From Octopus vulgaris (Eukaryota), in NCBI GenBank assembly GCA_951406725.2, contig OX597819.1, positions 40,114,001-40,178,000 of the forward strand: DNA of 64,000 nt, in the 5' to 3' direction. Numbering within the stretch: position 1 is the first letter of the stretch; every line of letters begins with the position of its first letter. Under the pieces are notes generated by a model. That model saw only the letters and a program-made list of their open reading frames with translations, had not been told where the DNA came from and did not search any database. The translations under genes were made by a program, and so were the position numbers. Shown here piece after piece: positions 49,331-63,000 of this stretch.

Positions 49331-52300
49331 GTTTGACAGGAGCTGGCCAAACTCTATGGTTTCTATGGCTGGATGCCCTTCCTAATGCCAACCACTTTAC
49401 AGAGTGTGGTGAGTGCTTTTTACATGCCACCAGCATGTGTGCATGCATGTAGCACCAGCATGAGTGCATTTTATGTGGCACCAACACCTGTAAAGGACAA
49501 GCCCATATGTACGGATGACCATGATTTTACTTAGCTTGGTACATCTTCCCAAGTACAGCAAAATCACCACAACTCCAAGTCCCTTGTCATTTCCTCAGAG
49601 GCCCAGTGTCTGAAGATCCTTTCTCACCTCTTCATCTCACACACACCATCCTGGGTTTACCCCTTCCACAAGTACCCTCCACAATTGGAGCTCAGCACTT
49701 TTTTACACAGCTGTCTTCATCGATACACATCACATGACCAAACCAGCGCAGTCTTCTCTCTTGCACACAACCCTTGGTGCCTCTTACACCTAGTTTTCCT
49801 CTTAAATCATTTACACACTATCCTTCTGTCTTAGAAAAGGGAGACATATATACTCTAAATAATGTAGTCCTATACACATTATACATTCAAAAGGAGAGAA
49901 TCTCAGCTACAAAGCCTTTGATCATAAGTCTTCTCTGTCAGAACTCACCCAGTTCTAAACGACAATAACACCTTGAGCCAAATCTCCCTCAAACCTTATC
50001 CTACCATCTTAAAGACTAAGGTCACATTGGACAAACTTCTAGATGTACTCTGGAAGAGTGCAGAACAACAACCTTACCAGTTTAAGATAACCTGCAAAGG
50101 TTACTGCCTTTGCCCCTCCTCATCCTCCAACTAAGCAATAAAGCACACTGCATTCCACTCTGCTAACCATGCTTGAAAGTACAGCATATACCAAGACCAG
50201 ACTAAAGAATGACGTTTCAGAAGTGCAGCCCTAATGTGTTACTCCTCAGCATTTGATCAGCTATTGTCAATCTGAAGCAGAGCTCATCAGCAACATCCAC
50301 AGCCTTTCATCTGGTTACCAGATCTGCTAGAAATAGCAACCAAATTACCCTACATTTATACCCTGCTGTCTTAAAAGGAGGACACATGGGATGATGTAAT
50401 CCTAGATATACTGTCTAATATAAAGAACGGATGGCCATGGCTGGAATCACTTTGCTCAAATGTCTTCTCACCTCAAGCCAACAAGTACTGAATTTCTACA
50501 GCAACAATACCAAAAGGGGCATACATAGAAGCTGACATCTAAGCTCCTATATATTATTTCATTAACTTAACTATCACTTAAGTGACAAAATCTCAACTTG
50601 CAAACTATAAGTCTTATGTCAAACAGCCCATATAACAGATGGCTGAAGCAGAAAAGCTGGATATATCTAGTGTTTGAACAATTGCTGTTATGACATTACA
50701 ACAATACCAATACAGAATAACAATTCAATCATTACAGTTAATTACAATATCAGTGTTGCATGTGTTTTAAAACCCATTACACTAATGCACCCATCATTAA
50801 GAAACACCAAACAAACACCCACACATCACTAACTCATATAATGTTGAATTTACATCATTAACACAATTTACAATAATGCAATACTCATCATAAATGTACT
50901 TAATAATGGCAGGTCATTTAATATACACAACTGTGGCCACACTATATCAAACTTGACATTATAGCTCTCAACAGCAGGCAAACATTCTTTCAAAATAGCT
51001 CAATAAAACCAGAAACTACAATCCACACAAAAAATAAGTACAATGTTGTATTGGCCTGTTTCCTCTACTCCGTAAATAAATATCCTTCCTTGTAAGAAAA
51101 TTAAAAAATGAAACCATTCACAAGCTACAATATGTAACAACACAGCTATACATAAAAACACCAAGGCTCTCAAAAGGATAAAGACTAACAAATATATTGA
51201 ATCATTTGTACCAACACAACTAAATATCAAAACCTTAGAAAATTGTTAAAAGGCTCAAAAATATTAAACTAAGTTTCTCATTGGTTCCACTGGCAATAAA
51301 TTTATTGCAGTAACAAATACAATCAGATATAGTGAAGCATTATTTGCATCTCAAATTTTTTATTCATTAAGAATTAGTCAGCTTTTTACCATTTTTTGCC
51401 TTGGCAACCAACTAATATGCTTACCAACTGAAAAGATAGTGAAACATAGAAATAACTTCAAGGAATATATCCATCTCCATTAGCCTACCTTCTAATGACA
51501 TGATCCACCAAGAAATGCAATATTAGAACTTTCCAAGATAATTTGGTTTCTACCCCAAGACCAACCATCATTAATCATGATCAAAAAAAAATCATTTGAA
51601 AAATACTAAATGTGGGTGAGTGAACGGAGATGTCAGGACCAGAAGCAAAGAGAAATGATGTCACATCAAGAAGCAGGACATTTGAACAGCCTCTTTCTTT
51701 GTCAAGACATCAATGGGAACAGACATGTGAAAGAGAGGGGATCTCCAAGGGAGAGTAGTTTCTGGCCAGGGTTGTAGGTATGACCAGCAAGTTCTGCTGA
51801 TCTTTGTGAAGCAAAGCTAGATACTCTGTTGTTTCAAGTTAAGAATGTCCTTATTTTTGCTTTTGAAACTATACAAAAGATGCTGTATTCAGTTCAATGC
51901 CAAAGACCACTCCCAATCCTTCCCAAATGAAGCTGCAGTTCTGGTCTCTTAAACATTATTCAATTTTTCCCTTCCTCTTCAGCTTTGCTTTCTTAGAAAC
52001 ACTCACCTATGAAGGCTCAACATCTTTGTTTTGTCACCAACTTCACCTCAGCATAAATAAATCCTCTCACTAAACAACACTTCCTCACCTAGCTTTGATT
52101 TATTGACAATTTCAGTTATTGCCCTCATATAAAAGCTCCCGCCATTTATTTTTACCCTAACCATGATTTACAATATTTTTCAAACTAAAAACGTCTAACT
52201 GGAATTATAAGATTAAACAACTATATTCCCTAACACAACAATCAACTAACACTGTCTCCTCTACATGATATTCATAAAGTGTTAGATGAAGTGTAGAGAT

Positions 52301-54139
52301 AAAATACTGGATATGAAGCTTACTTCTTAGGTGATCAGACTTCTTTCCTCCTTTTCTGTCAACTTGCATTTGGCGTAATGGCATATATGCCACATATGCT
52401 ATTAATTACAAAATTTCAAAGCTAATAATACTGAGCATCATTGATCCTCGCAAGAATATTACAGCTTTGGAGCAACAACCTTATAGTGCAAGCGGTACTA
52501 AAATTTATATGGATTCTCAGCAGCAGACGTTTTTTTTTTTTTTTTGAGTACCAAAATCCATCAATAAAATGAATAACAGTAATTAACTTATATCTGTATT
52601 TTATTAACCCCAAAAGGATAAAAAAAGGAAGAGAGGTTAGCCTCGGTGGGATTTTAACTCAGAATATTAAGGTTTGTAACTAAATATTACAAGGCATTTT
52701 AACCATCACAAACAATTTTACCAATCCACCAATATATCAAAACAACATCTTACATACTCTTGAAAAGCTAGGGTGGTTAAAGCTGGAAAACTTTTGATCT
52801 TGGGCTTGTTGAATTAGAGCTTAACCTGGGACTAAACAACAACCATAATACTAACCTCTTCCTTCCATCAGACACCCAAAAATCAATAGGAAATCTAAGA
52901 ATTCAAAGGCATCAGGGCCTGTCAAAACCACAAATATACACCTAAAACCCTAACAGATTCACTACACTCACTAATATCTATGAATGTTGATATGACTGCT
53001 CATATCAACATTGTGAAGGTTCTATGAAAATACAGAAACAATCTTTTCAGAACTCAACAAATATACACACTACAGTACATTCTTTGAACAAATTAACTAG
53101 AGATACACTCCAAAATATGTACTACAATGTAACTCAATTACATGCCAGAAATAGCCAACTTCATAAAATTCAAAGACAACTCAAACATTAAAACAAGACA
53201 ACTGGAACAAACTTAGTATGAAACTTGTAAACAAAGAAATAAGAAACCAAAATAAACTATAGAAAAACACAAAATTAACAAACATTTGTATCTAACAAGC
53301 CACAAAACTGCATGGTAAAACATTATGTAGAACAAATGTCCTGAGCCTTTATTGAAACATACCTGTTGATGAGGCTCCAGCTTGGGAGTTCAGTTTTGGG
53401 GAATATGGAGTTACACTTTAGTCACCACTACCCTGTTAAGGGTCAGATAGCAGAAGATATGCATAACTCAAAGGAAGGTTGGCTGATATGCATGTGTCAT
53501 GCAGGCTCATCTGTATGTGAACTTACCTTGATGTCATGTAAACCAGTTAACCTGCTGAAAGGTTAAATAGGCCCTATGCCTCAATAATAAGTTCCAAAGA
53601 GCAGGAGATTAGCAGAATAAACTGTAAATAAACAGACACAAGGAAGTGGGAAGCTAATGCTGTAGCTTTCCTGCAGTAAGTCATACTCTTCATGCTTTGA
53701 CACAGAAGTTCAAGATCACATGGCACATGAAGAGAGGGGAGTGGGTGGTAATTAAAAGCACCAACAACAAGGGTCAAATCACACTCCTTATCACAATAAC
53801 AACCCCAATATATCAACACTATAATCCCAAATAAATGCACATAACAGAAATTTCTTGAATATCAGCCACCAAAAACCATACAAAAAGAGACAGGAACACA
53901 AAATGAAAATACCAACTGCCAAAATACCAAACTCTGTGAGTTTGTCTACTTCCTACCAACAATCATCCCCAAAAGCAATAGGGGCAACTAAAACTCAAAA
54001 CCCTCAAAGTTATATGAAATTCTAAGGAGTTAAAACATCCCTACCTGAAGGAGTCTCTGTACTGGCTCACATCTAGAACTATTAACTCAGTAAAACTATT
54101 CAGTTCTGTAGTTTTGTAGAACTGCTCAATTCTATAAGA

Positions 54140-54800
54140 TTCACAGATTCTGGAAGTTGGACAAAATTATAACAATTCTAAAGGTCAACAAAAACCCAAC
54201 TGAAATAGCATCAGACTCAGTATCCCGCACCCTATTATATACACCCACAAAAAAAAACTAGAAAGACTTATCCTTGACATCACTAACATATCCATCTCTC
54301 CAAAACATAGTACAGGTTCAGGTAACTACATACAATCACAACCTCAATACTCACAAATCTGATACAGAAAATATATGATGGCTTTAACATCTTTAAAAAG
54401 CCTCCATACCATACTAATTACCATTGATATTAACAAAGCTTCCAACTCTATTCCTTGCTATCTACTTATAAATAAATTACAAAACACAAATGCCTGGTTA
54501 GCAAAATCCCAGTCAGTCTATCAAGCTTATACAGTGATCAAGAACACTTCCAGTATCTGCAATTTCCTGAATGGAGTACTACAGGGTTCCATTCTCTCAC
54601 CCACTCTGTTCAACGTATACACACATGACCTTTCCAGACTGTCGCAAAGCATACAGACAGCCTCATATGCAGATATCACACTCACATTCTCTTCCTTTCT
54701 CTAAATATTGCTGCATTACTTCAACCCTACTCCAATCACCTAGAAACCTGGCTTCATTTTGAAGACTTAGAGTAGTTGCTACCAAATCCACTTTCTCTTT
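54140..54800 (+). mobile_element. Degraded LINE RT fragment (same type as the 44-48 kb element)
   Basis: IDINKASNSI, GVLQGSILSPTLFNVYTHD and SYAD motifs in ORF 54375..54704. Confidence 0.75.
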
Positions 54801-55019
54801 TCTTACCATCAACACCAGAGAACATCAAATGCAACATACACCAAAGACAAATACACTGATCCACAATGTGGCTTAGAGGAGCAAAAATTTATCTTCTACT
54901 TTACTCAACAAAGCATTCTTTACAGTCACTAATGATGCAATACAAACCAGTCTCAAGAATCTAAACTATTCATTAAAATTCATCAAGTTCATCCAAATTA
55001 TCATCATCAACATAGTCTG

Positions 55020-55450
55020 GTTTTGCAAACAAAGATTTGTGAAGAGCACTGTCCATGTTGACTGCAGGTTCACTGATGGCCAACAAGGCTAATATGGGAC
55101 TGCTAGACCTGATTGCATCAGCTGCATGGGAAATTTTGGGTTTTGTGTTGATGTATTACAGTTCTTCCACAATCTCCTTTGGCCCTCAGAGTCAGCCTTG
55201 CATATGTTCTTGAAAGAAGAGAAAGACTGATGAAAGGTGTATTGCCAAGCCTCATAATTGAAGATTATGTTAGAACACTGACAATGGGCAATCTGACAGG
55301 TGCCAAAGAATATCTTCAGAGAATCTTTCTCTTTTTCTTTGGTGTCTTTCTGTCCAGTGTTGGTTTGCCATACCACAAAATCTTTGGCAAGCAATGATCC
55401 TCCATCCTGGCAACTTACTGTGCCTAATACAACAGTAACTTTAACAGCAT
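55020..55450 (-). mobile_element. Degenerate RTE/BovB-like LINE 3' fragment
   Basis: TGQKDTKEKEKDSLK resembles the G.R..G.P.KR.KD.LK C-terminal motif; weak match. Confidence 0.45.
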
Positions 55451-57604
55451 GGTCTCAATGCTGGTAACTTTCACCAGTTTAAGACTTCAGTGTATCAGTT
55501 ACAAAGTTACAGCTGTAGATATAGTGGAGGTAGTGCTAGAGGAAGCACTCAAGGAATCATAAATTGGTAACAGTAAGTAATTGATGGCTTAGAGTCGCAA
55601 AGGAGAATGGTTATTACAACAGTTCTGAAAGGGGAAGACAGGCTGAATAAAATCGCATGATGTAGGTTTGTATACTTTTCCCTGGCACTTCCAATCCTTT
55701 CGCAATAGAATGTAATGCCTGGTTAGTTAGCTATCTGATCAAAATAGTTTTTTCAGTGCCACAAATATTACAATAAGGGAGGATTCTTACATTGGTATAC
55801 TATCTGCAATAAATATAACATTACAATTCACCAAAAGAACCATCCACAGAAGATGACCATGAAATTATATAAAGACAGTAATGATTTCTAATAGTGGCAC
55901 AAGGTGAGACATTTTGCAAGATATTTAGTCAATTCACATGACCCTGAGTACTTGTCCAAGTCTATTTTATTAACCACATTGGGAACATGAAGGGATGTAA
56001 CTAACTGTAATGGCTTTTTATTCACCATTCTAGTTATTCTGCCAACTACATTGCCCTTAGAAAGACAATATCAGTCTTTCAGACTTAAACCAAATGATAT
56101 GCCTTCATAAGCAAATGATAAAGGAAGCTAGAAAAATAAAGATTACTTTGTTACTGGTTTCAGTCATTGGAGTGTGGTCATTCTGGAGCAATGCCTTCAA
56201 GGGATTTTATTAAATCATAATTGACTCCAGTATTTATTACAGATGGGTACTTATTTAATTGATTATTATTTACTTTTACATGAAAAGAGATGCAACCTGA
56301 TGCGATGCACCAGTATACATACACACACACACACATGATGGGCTTCTGCAGTTTCTATCTCCCAGATTCCACTCACAATGCATGGGTCAACCTGAGGATG
56401 CAGTAGAAGATACTTCCTAAAGGTACTGTGCAATGAGATTGAATCAGGAATTATATAGTTGTGAAATGAACTTCTTTTACACTGGTAATTTGAATCTCAT
56501 GGAGGATTTCTCAGTTTCTATGGCATTAAACAGGGATTGAAAAGCTTCTCCCATCTTGGTCAGATGTTAACCTATTGCAAGTGTGTTTCTCTAGAAACTT
56601 TTGTAGTAGGAACTGCTAGATTAATAATGATAATCAAAATATTAAATCAAACTTTTCACATCTATAAGCTAATATACTTTTATACTTTAGCTACTATTTA
56701 TTTCATTCATATTTGATGGATAAAAGGTCATGTTGACCTATGCAAGATTTTAATAACAGAGTTATGCTTCAAACATTACCAGTAAGCAGTAATTGTGATA
56801 CTTTTACTAATGCACCAAAAAAACTAGTTTCTACATACATCTGTGTGTGTGTGTGTGTGTAATTGTGTTTTGCATATTTTCAACTAGCAAACTGTTTTAA
56901 AGACAATACATTGTTTTTTTTTTATATATATGGTTGTGTGTGTGTGTGTTATTGATATTATATTCAAAACAGTCTGATTTGACCCCATGTGGCTCAAAGT
57001 TTCGTAGGGTTATTACAGAAACTTTAAATTGCATGGGGTTAAATCAAACTATTTGAAATAATATATGCTATTCCTACTACATGTGTTGAGTGCCTCTTTC
57101 ATTCATTTGTCCACTCACCCATATATATATTATTCACACACACACAAATTTAAAGACACTCATGGTTGTAATAATAATGTCACATACCTATGAGGTGCCA
57201 CTAAAGACTTATCTTCCTCCAATGTGTCCAGAAGAAATCAACTTCATACAGCCTACATTCTCTGGGATATTTTATTTTTTTCTTACTTAAAGTTATCTGA
57301 ATTAACATTTTCCATTAAAATTTCATATTAATTTGTTTCAAACACCATTTTAATAATGGCAAAGTTATTTTTAGCAAATTGTTCACTATTTTCAAAATTA
57401 AATTGAAACAAAGGCAGTGTGTTTTAACAAAAGGGTTAATTAACCTCAGCACTGCAATATGAAAAAAATGGTCATCTAAAATGTTTGAACGACTTACAAC
57501 CATGAACTGGGCCTCTCTATAGTACCTATTAGCAACCAGATAGACTGACTTTGTAAAGAGCAGAACAAGAACACTATGAAAGTTTGAAAACACGTACATA
57601 AATG

Positions 57605-57637
<33 letters not shown>

Positions 57638-59233
57638 GCATGCTACCTGTATATGTATATGCACGCGTATTTAATACACTGCACACACACATATATATGT
57701 GTATGTGTGTGTGTATGTATATATTCATGCAAAAATATATATGCACATATACACTTGTACATTTTTGCGTTTGTACAAATCTGTAAATATCAATGTCTAT
57801 GGGGTGTGTGTGTGTTGTTTTTGTCCAACATATTCGTGACAGTATGCTAAAAAGAATGGTGATGATAGGGATAGTGATGAACAAGAGAGAAGACTAGTGT
57901 GGGACTTTCCCATCAGCCGACACTGCGGGAATAGGAGAAATGATTATGATGGTGGTTGACGGAGGTGATGAAGCCATATGTATACAAAGAAAAAAAATTA
58001 TCAAGTCTGATACTTCGTAGAAACAACTCGACAACCCGTCTGAAAAAGCTAATCTTATGCTGACTATACATGTACACACATTAGCTTCCATCATGTTTGG
58101 AAAATGATATCCAAAACGAGAACAAGGATCAGTCTGTCTGTCTGTCTTTCTCTTTCTCTCTCTAATTACATAATTAAACAGGAGAAACAAACACAAATGT
58201 AAGACGAGAGGAACGAAAATACATTTTTGCTTCTAAATACCGTTTAAACCACTTCATGACATATATATTATATGTTCATATACGTGCATATGTTTGTAAG
58301 CATACGAGTATAAAGAGTGTGTTTGTGTGTATGTGTGTGTGAGCTCTAGAGAGAGAGAGAAGCTTATTTACCTCGAATATCCAACGAAGTCCTCCAAAGT
58401 TTATATACTCATTAAAAGCGAAATAGTTTTGCTTTGCGGATTTGCAGACTTTCAGCGATCAAGCTATTTTTTTTTGAAGACAAGACTCTTGCGCAAATAT
58501 TGCATTTATTTATTCTTAAATCGTAGCGACGAGTAAAGTGCTTAATTACTAATGTCGTCCACGAAATAAAATGACATAGAAACTGAAATGTATAAAGTAT
58601 GGTGGGGGAAGGAGTGACAAAGAACAAGTTTTCATCTGTCAAATTAAAGAGTTGCGGCGCTAACAGCAACGTAAATATACAAATAATAAAGTTCAAGTTA
58701 GCACCAAGATTACATGAAATAAATTAAAAAAGAGTAAGTCAATTCCGTTTTTGATACAGATTGGTGTTTAAAAAATTAACAGAACAACAAAAAATAAACG
58801 AACAAACGAAAACTTAATTGCATCTTTTCGTCATTGTTCTCCTTGTTATTGTTGTTTAGAAGTTAATTAGTTTGATTTATGGAAATTTATTAAGCCGACT
58901 GCTTCTTGTCACTTTTACCAACAGCAACCATTCCCTTTCCAGTATTTTGTATTTTTGTTTTCTTGAAATAACGATTATACGGTTATGAGGCAAGGGAGAC
59001 ATTTTATTCTGTTACACAAATACACACTCTCTCTCTCTCTATCTATCTATCTCTTTTTAAATCAGGAGTAATATATTTAATAAGGTAAAGGTGGTGGGTA
59101 AAAATGAACAGAAAGCCTAAAAGGAGACACGAAAGCGATGAGGGCTATAAAGAAAGAACCCAAGCAAATAGTTTCTTTATTACTACTACAGTTGCTATTT
59201 ACATTTTACATTTGCTTAGGTGTCACTAGCATA

Positions 59234-59264
<31 letters not shown>

Positions 59265-59288
59265 TATCGAGCACGGTTTCTTTCGTTC

Positions 59289-59345
<57 letters not shown>

Positions 59346-59543
59346 CGGGAGTTGGTAAACGTTAAACTAATACGTTCCATCGCTCGTGTATCGTCAATGT
59401 TAAATAAGTACAGCAGTAGTGCTGGGGCATTTAGTATCGACTTACATTAAACAGTGTATACTATCTATCAAGACATATGATTAAATATATTCACCGACAT
59501 TTAGCAGGTGTGTAATAAATAGAGCTTTTTTACAGTTTCTTAC

Positions 59544-59720
59544 CTGAGAATCTGCAACATTGCCACGCTTGACAATGTCACACGACAGCTAACATCACTT
59601 CAAAGTGCTTGATGCAGAGGTAAAAAGTTAAATATCTGCCGTTGTTCTTATTTTATTACATGAGAGAGAAGGCCGCCCTCTCCTCTCCCTTTACTGGATC
59701 AATGTCAGAATGAGCCGTGA
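59544..59720 (-). promoter_or_regulatory. Putative distal first exon and promoter of a minus-strand transcript (5' boundary uncertain)
   Basis: Near-consensus donor CAG/GTAAGA at 59544/59543, inside a CpG-retaining, repeat-poor zone (about 57.8-62 kb) with a GC-rich patch at 59670-59730. Confidence 0.45.
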
Positions 59721-59734
59721 TAGCCGGACTAGCA

Positions 59735-60075
59735 ACACAACTGTTACTACCACAACTAACACGACTACTCTCACTACTACCCTGGCTGCTGGTGTTCCTA
59801 CTGTAGCAGTTCTACTATCACCAACTTCTACTGCAGACTCATTGTTGTGCTTCTACTGTCATTCTACTGCTTTAATGTTACTACTGTCAGCCTTACTGCT
59901 TCTCGTGCTTCTGCAATCTCCCTACTGCTCAAGTGCATCTACTGTAACTCTACTGCTCAAGTGCATCTACTGTAACTCTACTGCTCCTGTGCTTCTACTG
60001 CAACCCTACTGCTCTAGCATTATTACTGCCACCTTACTGCTTCAGTGCTTCGACTGTCAGTCTACAGCTGGAGTG
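59735..60075. repeat. Degenerate CTACTG-based minisatellite, including two exact 28-bp units
   Basis: CTACTGCTCAAGTGCATCTACTGTAACT occurs twice in tandem at about 59922-59977, with CTACTG recurring roughly every 14 bp. Confidence 0.8.
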
Positions 60076-63000
60076 CTTCTCATTCTTTACTAAAAAAAAA
60101 CCCACTTCTGTATAATCTCCAATCAGCTTTAACTTTATTTTAATATACTGCTGAACGACAAAATTTCTAGATACACTACCCCAGCACTAGCGGTAGAAAC
60201 AAAGTTTTAGTGGAAATCATCACAATAAAAGGAGATCCAGAGTGCAATCAGTTGTTTAGCCCGAGATATGTCGCTAATTAAGCAAGCCGAATACAAAAGG
60301 GCTTCAGTTATTAATTCAGACACAGTCCAAACCGGAACATACCTTCTAATGTGCTCTTTTCGTAAGTCAGGAGAATGTGATAGGAATGAGATTTGGCTGC
60401 TATTTCTTCAACCGGTCGATCGACCACATAGAAACTCCAGCTCGTGTATATGACCTTCGATCACGGCTGATCCCTTGATAATAATATATTTGTTAAAAAA
60501 TAGTACAGTACCATCGCTAAATGCAGAAGGTTGTTTTCCTTGATATATTATATATTGGTAAATTCACTGTGACATATATACAACTATATTTACCACTAAG
60601 ATATATTGGTAGCTAAGGACTCGAGCAACTAACATGTTAATGATCAAATATTCAATGACTAGATACTTAGGTGTTGTTTAGTGTCCACCAGGATGAAATT
60701 AATTAATATCATATAATATAGATTTCAGTTTCTGGCAATGTCCCTAATTAGCGCTGTCTTGGACAATAGATTTAAACTAGTTTAGAAAAAAAAAAAAAGG
60801 AAAAAAAAAACCGACAAGGTTCTATTTTAATGATTGCAACATCATAACACCTAACTCTGGATCCAACTGTATTGTGATGAGACCGAATTTGTTTTCTGTG
60901 GGTGCTTAAAGTGCAAAGACGAACTTCGTTTGAGTTACACTGGGTCGAAATACGGTGCACGACGAAACTGATTGAACTTTCAAAAACCTCATACGACTAA
61001 TTGATGTTAATTTACTTAATGTTATATTATAATCGGTTGTAGATAATTGATATGAGGGAAAACACGAAGAGATTTCTAGACTGCCAAAAGTTCTGAGAAA
61101 GAAATTCTAGGCTTTTATACTCAGCAAAAAGTATTGACTAATCCTTCAGTTTAATATGAAATTGTTTTTGCTCTAATTCTCCCTCAAAAAATAAAAATAT
61201 TGATAGTCATAGCTCTATTCCAACGTGATTGCCTAACTTTTTAGAGATCACGAGAGCAATAGCTGGTTGTGTACATTTTCGTTCCAACTTATATTTGTCT
61301 ATTAAGTGCTAATAATGTCAGCTGATACACAAGAAATTCTCACTAAAATAAATAATGCCGATTTTTATTAGTAATGATAGAATATTATTTTGTTTCTGAC
61401 TTTAAATAAGTGAATGTAAGTAATTCTTGACCTAAAATTAAATATATAGCAAAAAAACTTTTCAGTTACATCCTCAGAATTTTTTTTCTTTCAATACAAA
61501 TCAAAATGTTCGAGGGTTTGTATGCGTTTTCTGTTTTCGAGACTTGAATCTATATTCCCAAAACTACGTTGACTTTGCGTTATGTATATATCCTTTAGAT
61601 TCTACTTGTGGGGCACAAACAGGCATAACTTAACACACCGACATTATACTATTGACTTTTTAGAAACTGAAAGTTAATGTTAAATTGAACGATAATATTC
61701 CCAAACATTTCGAAATGCTTGGGAATATTATCTTATTTGCTTAATAAACCAATATTTTATATACGAAGGGTATCAAAATCCTTTAAAGTGAGCTGTCGGT
61801 TGACATGCAAAAAATAAATTCACTCAAATCATACCCAACTATCTTTGAAAGGGAAAGGAAGCATAGGATAATGAAGTCTTAGATGTATTTTTAAAAAAAG
61901 TCTGGATGGTGACGACTGGAAAGCAATTGATCACAAGACTACCAGTTCAGGGTTTTGATCTGGAGCAAAAGAACAAGAAATAAGACTCTACAAAAAGTCA
62001 GACTATTAAAGGAGGCCTAAGAAATTGTAACGTCAACAGTCATGTGATAAATAATAACTAGGGTTCAGTTATATTTTGGGTGACTTAAGAAAAACATTAC
62101 TAAATTTTTAACTTCAGTTTTTGTAGGCTTTTAGGGCTTTACATAAATGTTTTATTAAATGTTTTAAAACTATTTATTTTCTCTTAGTTGAAGCTGCAAT
62201 AAGTGAGAAGGGAAATGAGGTCTTTAAGTCAGGGAGTGGATCTTTTCTCAAATTCTAAGACTACGCTGCCTTCCAAAGTTTTCTTAGGTTTTCATCCACC
62301 ATGGCTATCCTCTACATTGAAGTCATAACTTTTTTTTTACCAAGTATACATCATTAAATTGCTTTATCTATCCAAAACCTACACTGTCATCTTTCTTGCA
62401 TACATATACCAATATCTTTGTAGCAACCCTCAGGCAATGTCCATCAGATACACCAATAGCCCTCAGGCAAATGGAATGTGCCAATGGCTTTCGGGCAAAT
62501 GGGATATGCCAATATTGTTCTTTCAATAGCAAGAAAAGACAAATACTATTCATCATGAAAACATCACATAACACTCACCTTAAATAAGAGCAGCAAGCAA
62601 TCAGAGTCCTTACAAAGGTTCTAAGGATCTGTCCTGGTGAAAGCACAACATTAACATAGCTAGTACTGCTTCCCAAAGACTGGCCCTTTTCTTCAGGTAC
62701 TGAAAATACTTTGTCGTCATCATCATCATTTCAACGTCCACTTTTCCATGCTTGCATGGGTCAGATAGAGTTTGTTGAAGCAAATTTTCCATGGCTGGAT
62801 GCCCTTCTTGTTGCCAACCCTCACCTATTTCAAAGCTAGTTTACATTTCCCCATGTTCTTGCAGAATATTGGAAATGAATGATACTGCTTATATGGCAGT
62901 GACAACCATTTTACAACTATTACATGATGTAATACATGCAATCACACACACACACACACGTACACGCACACACACACACACACACGTCTTGCAAACAACT

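Noticed and set aside
57315-57884. Longest ORF in the track (189 aa)
   Set aside because: Composed largely of (TA)/(CA)/(TG) microsatellite translation; no domain.
59710-60093. 127-aa Thr/Leu-rich plus-strand ORF resembling a membrane or mucin protein
   Set aside because: It is the translation of a CTACTG minisatellite whose 14/28-bp period is not a multiple of 3; no splice or homology support.
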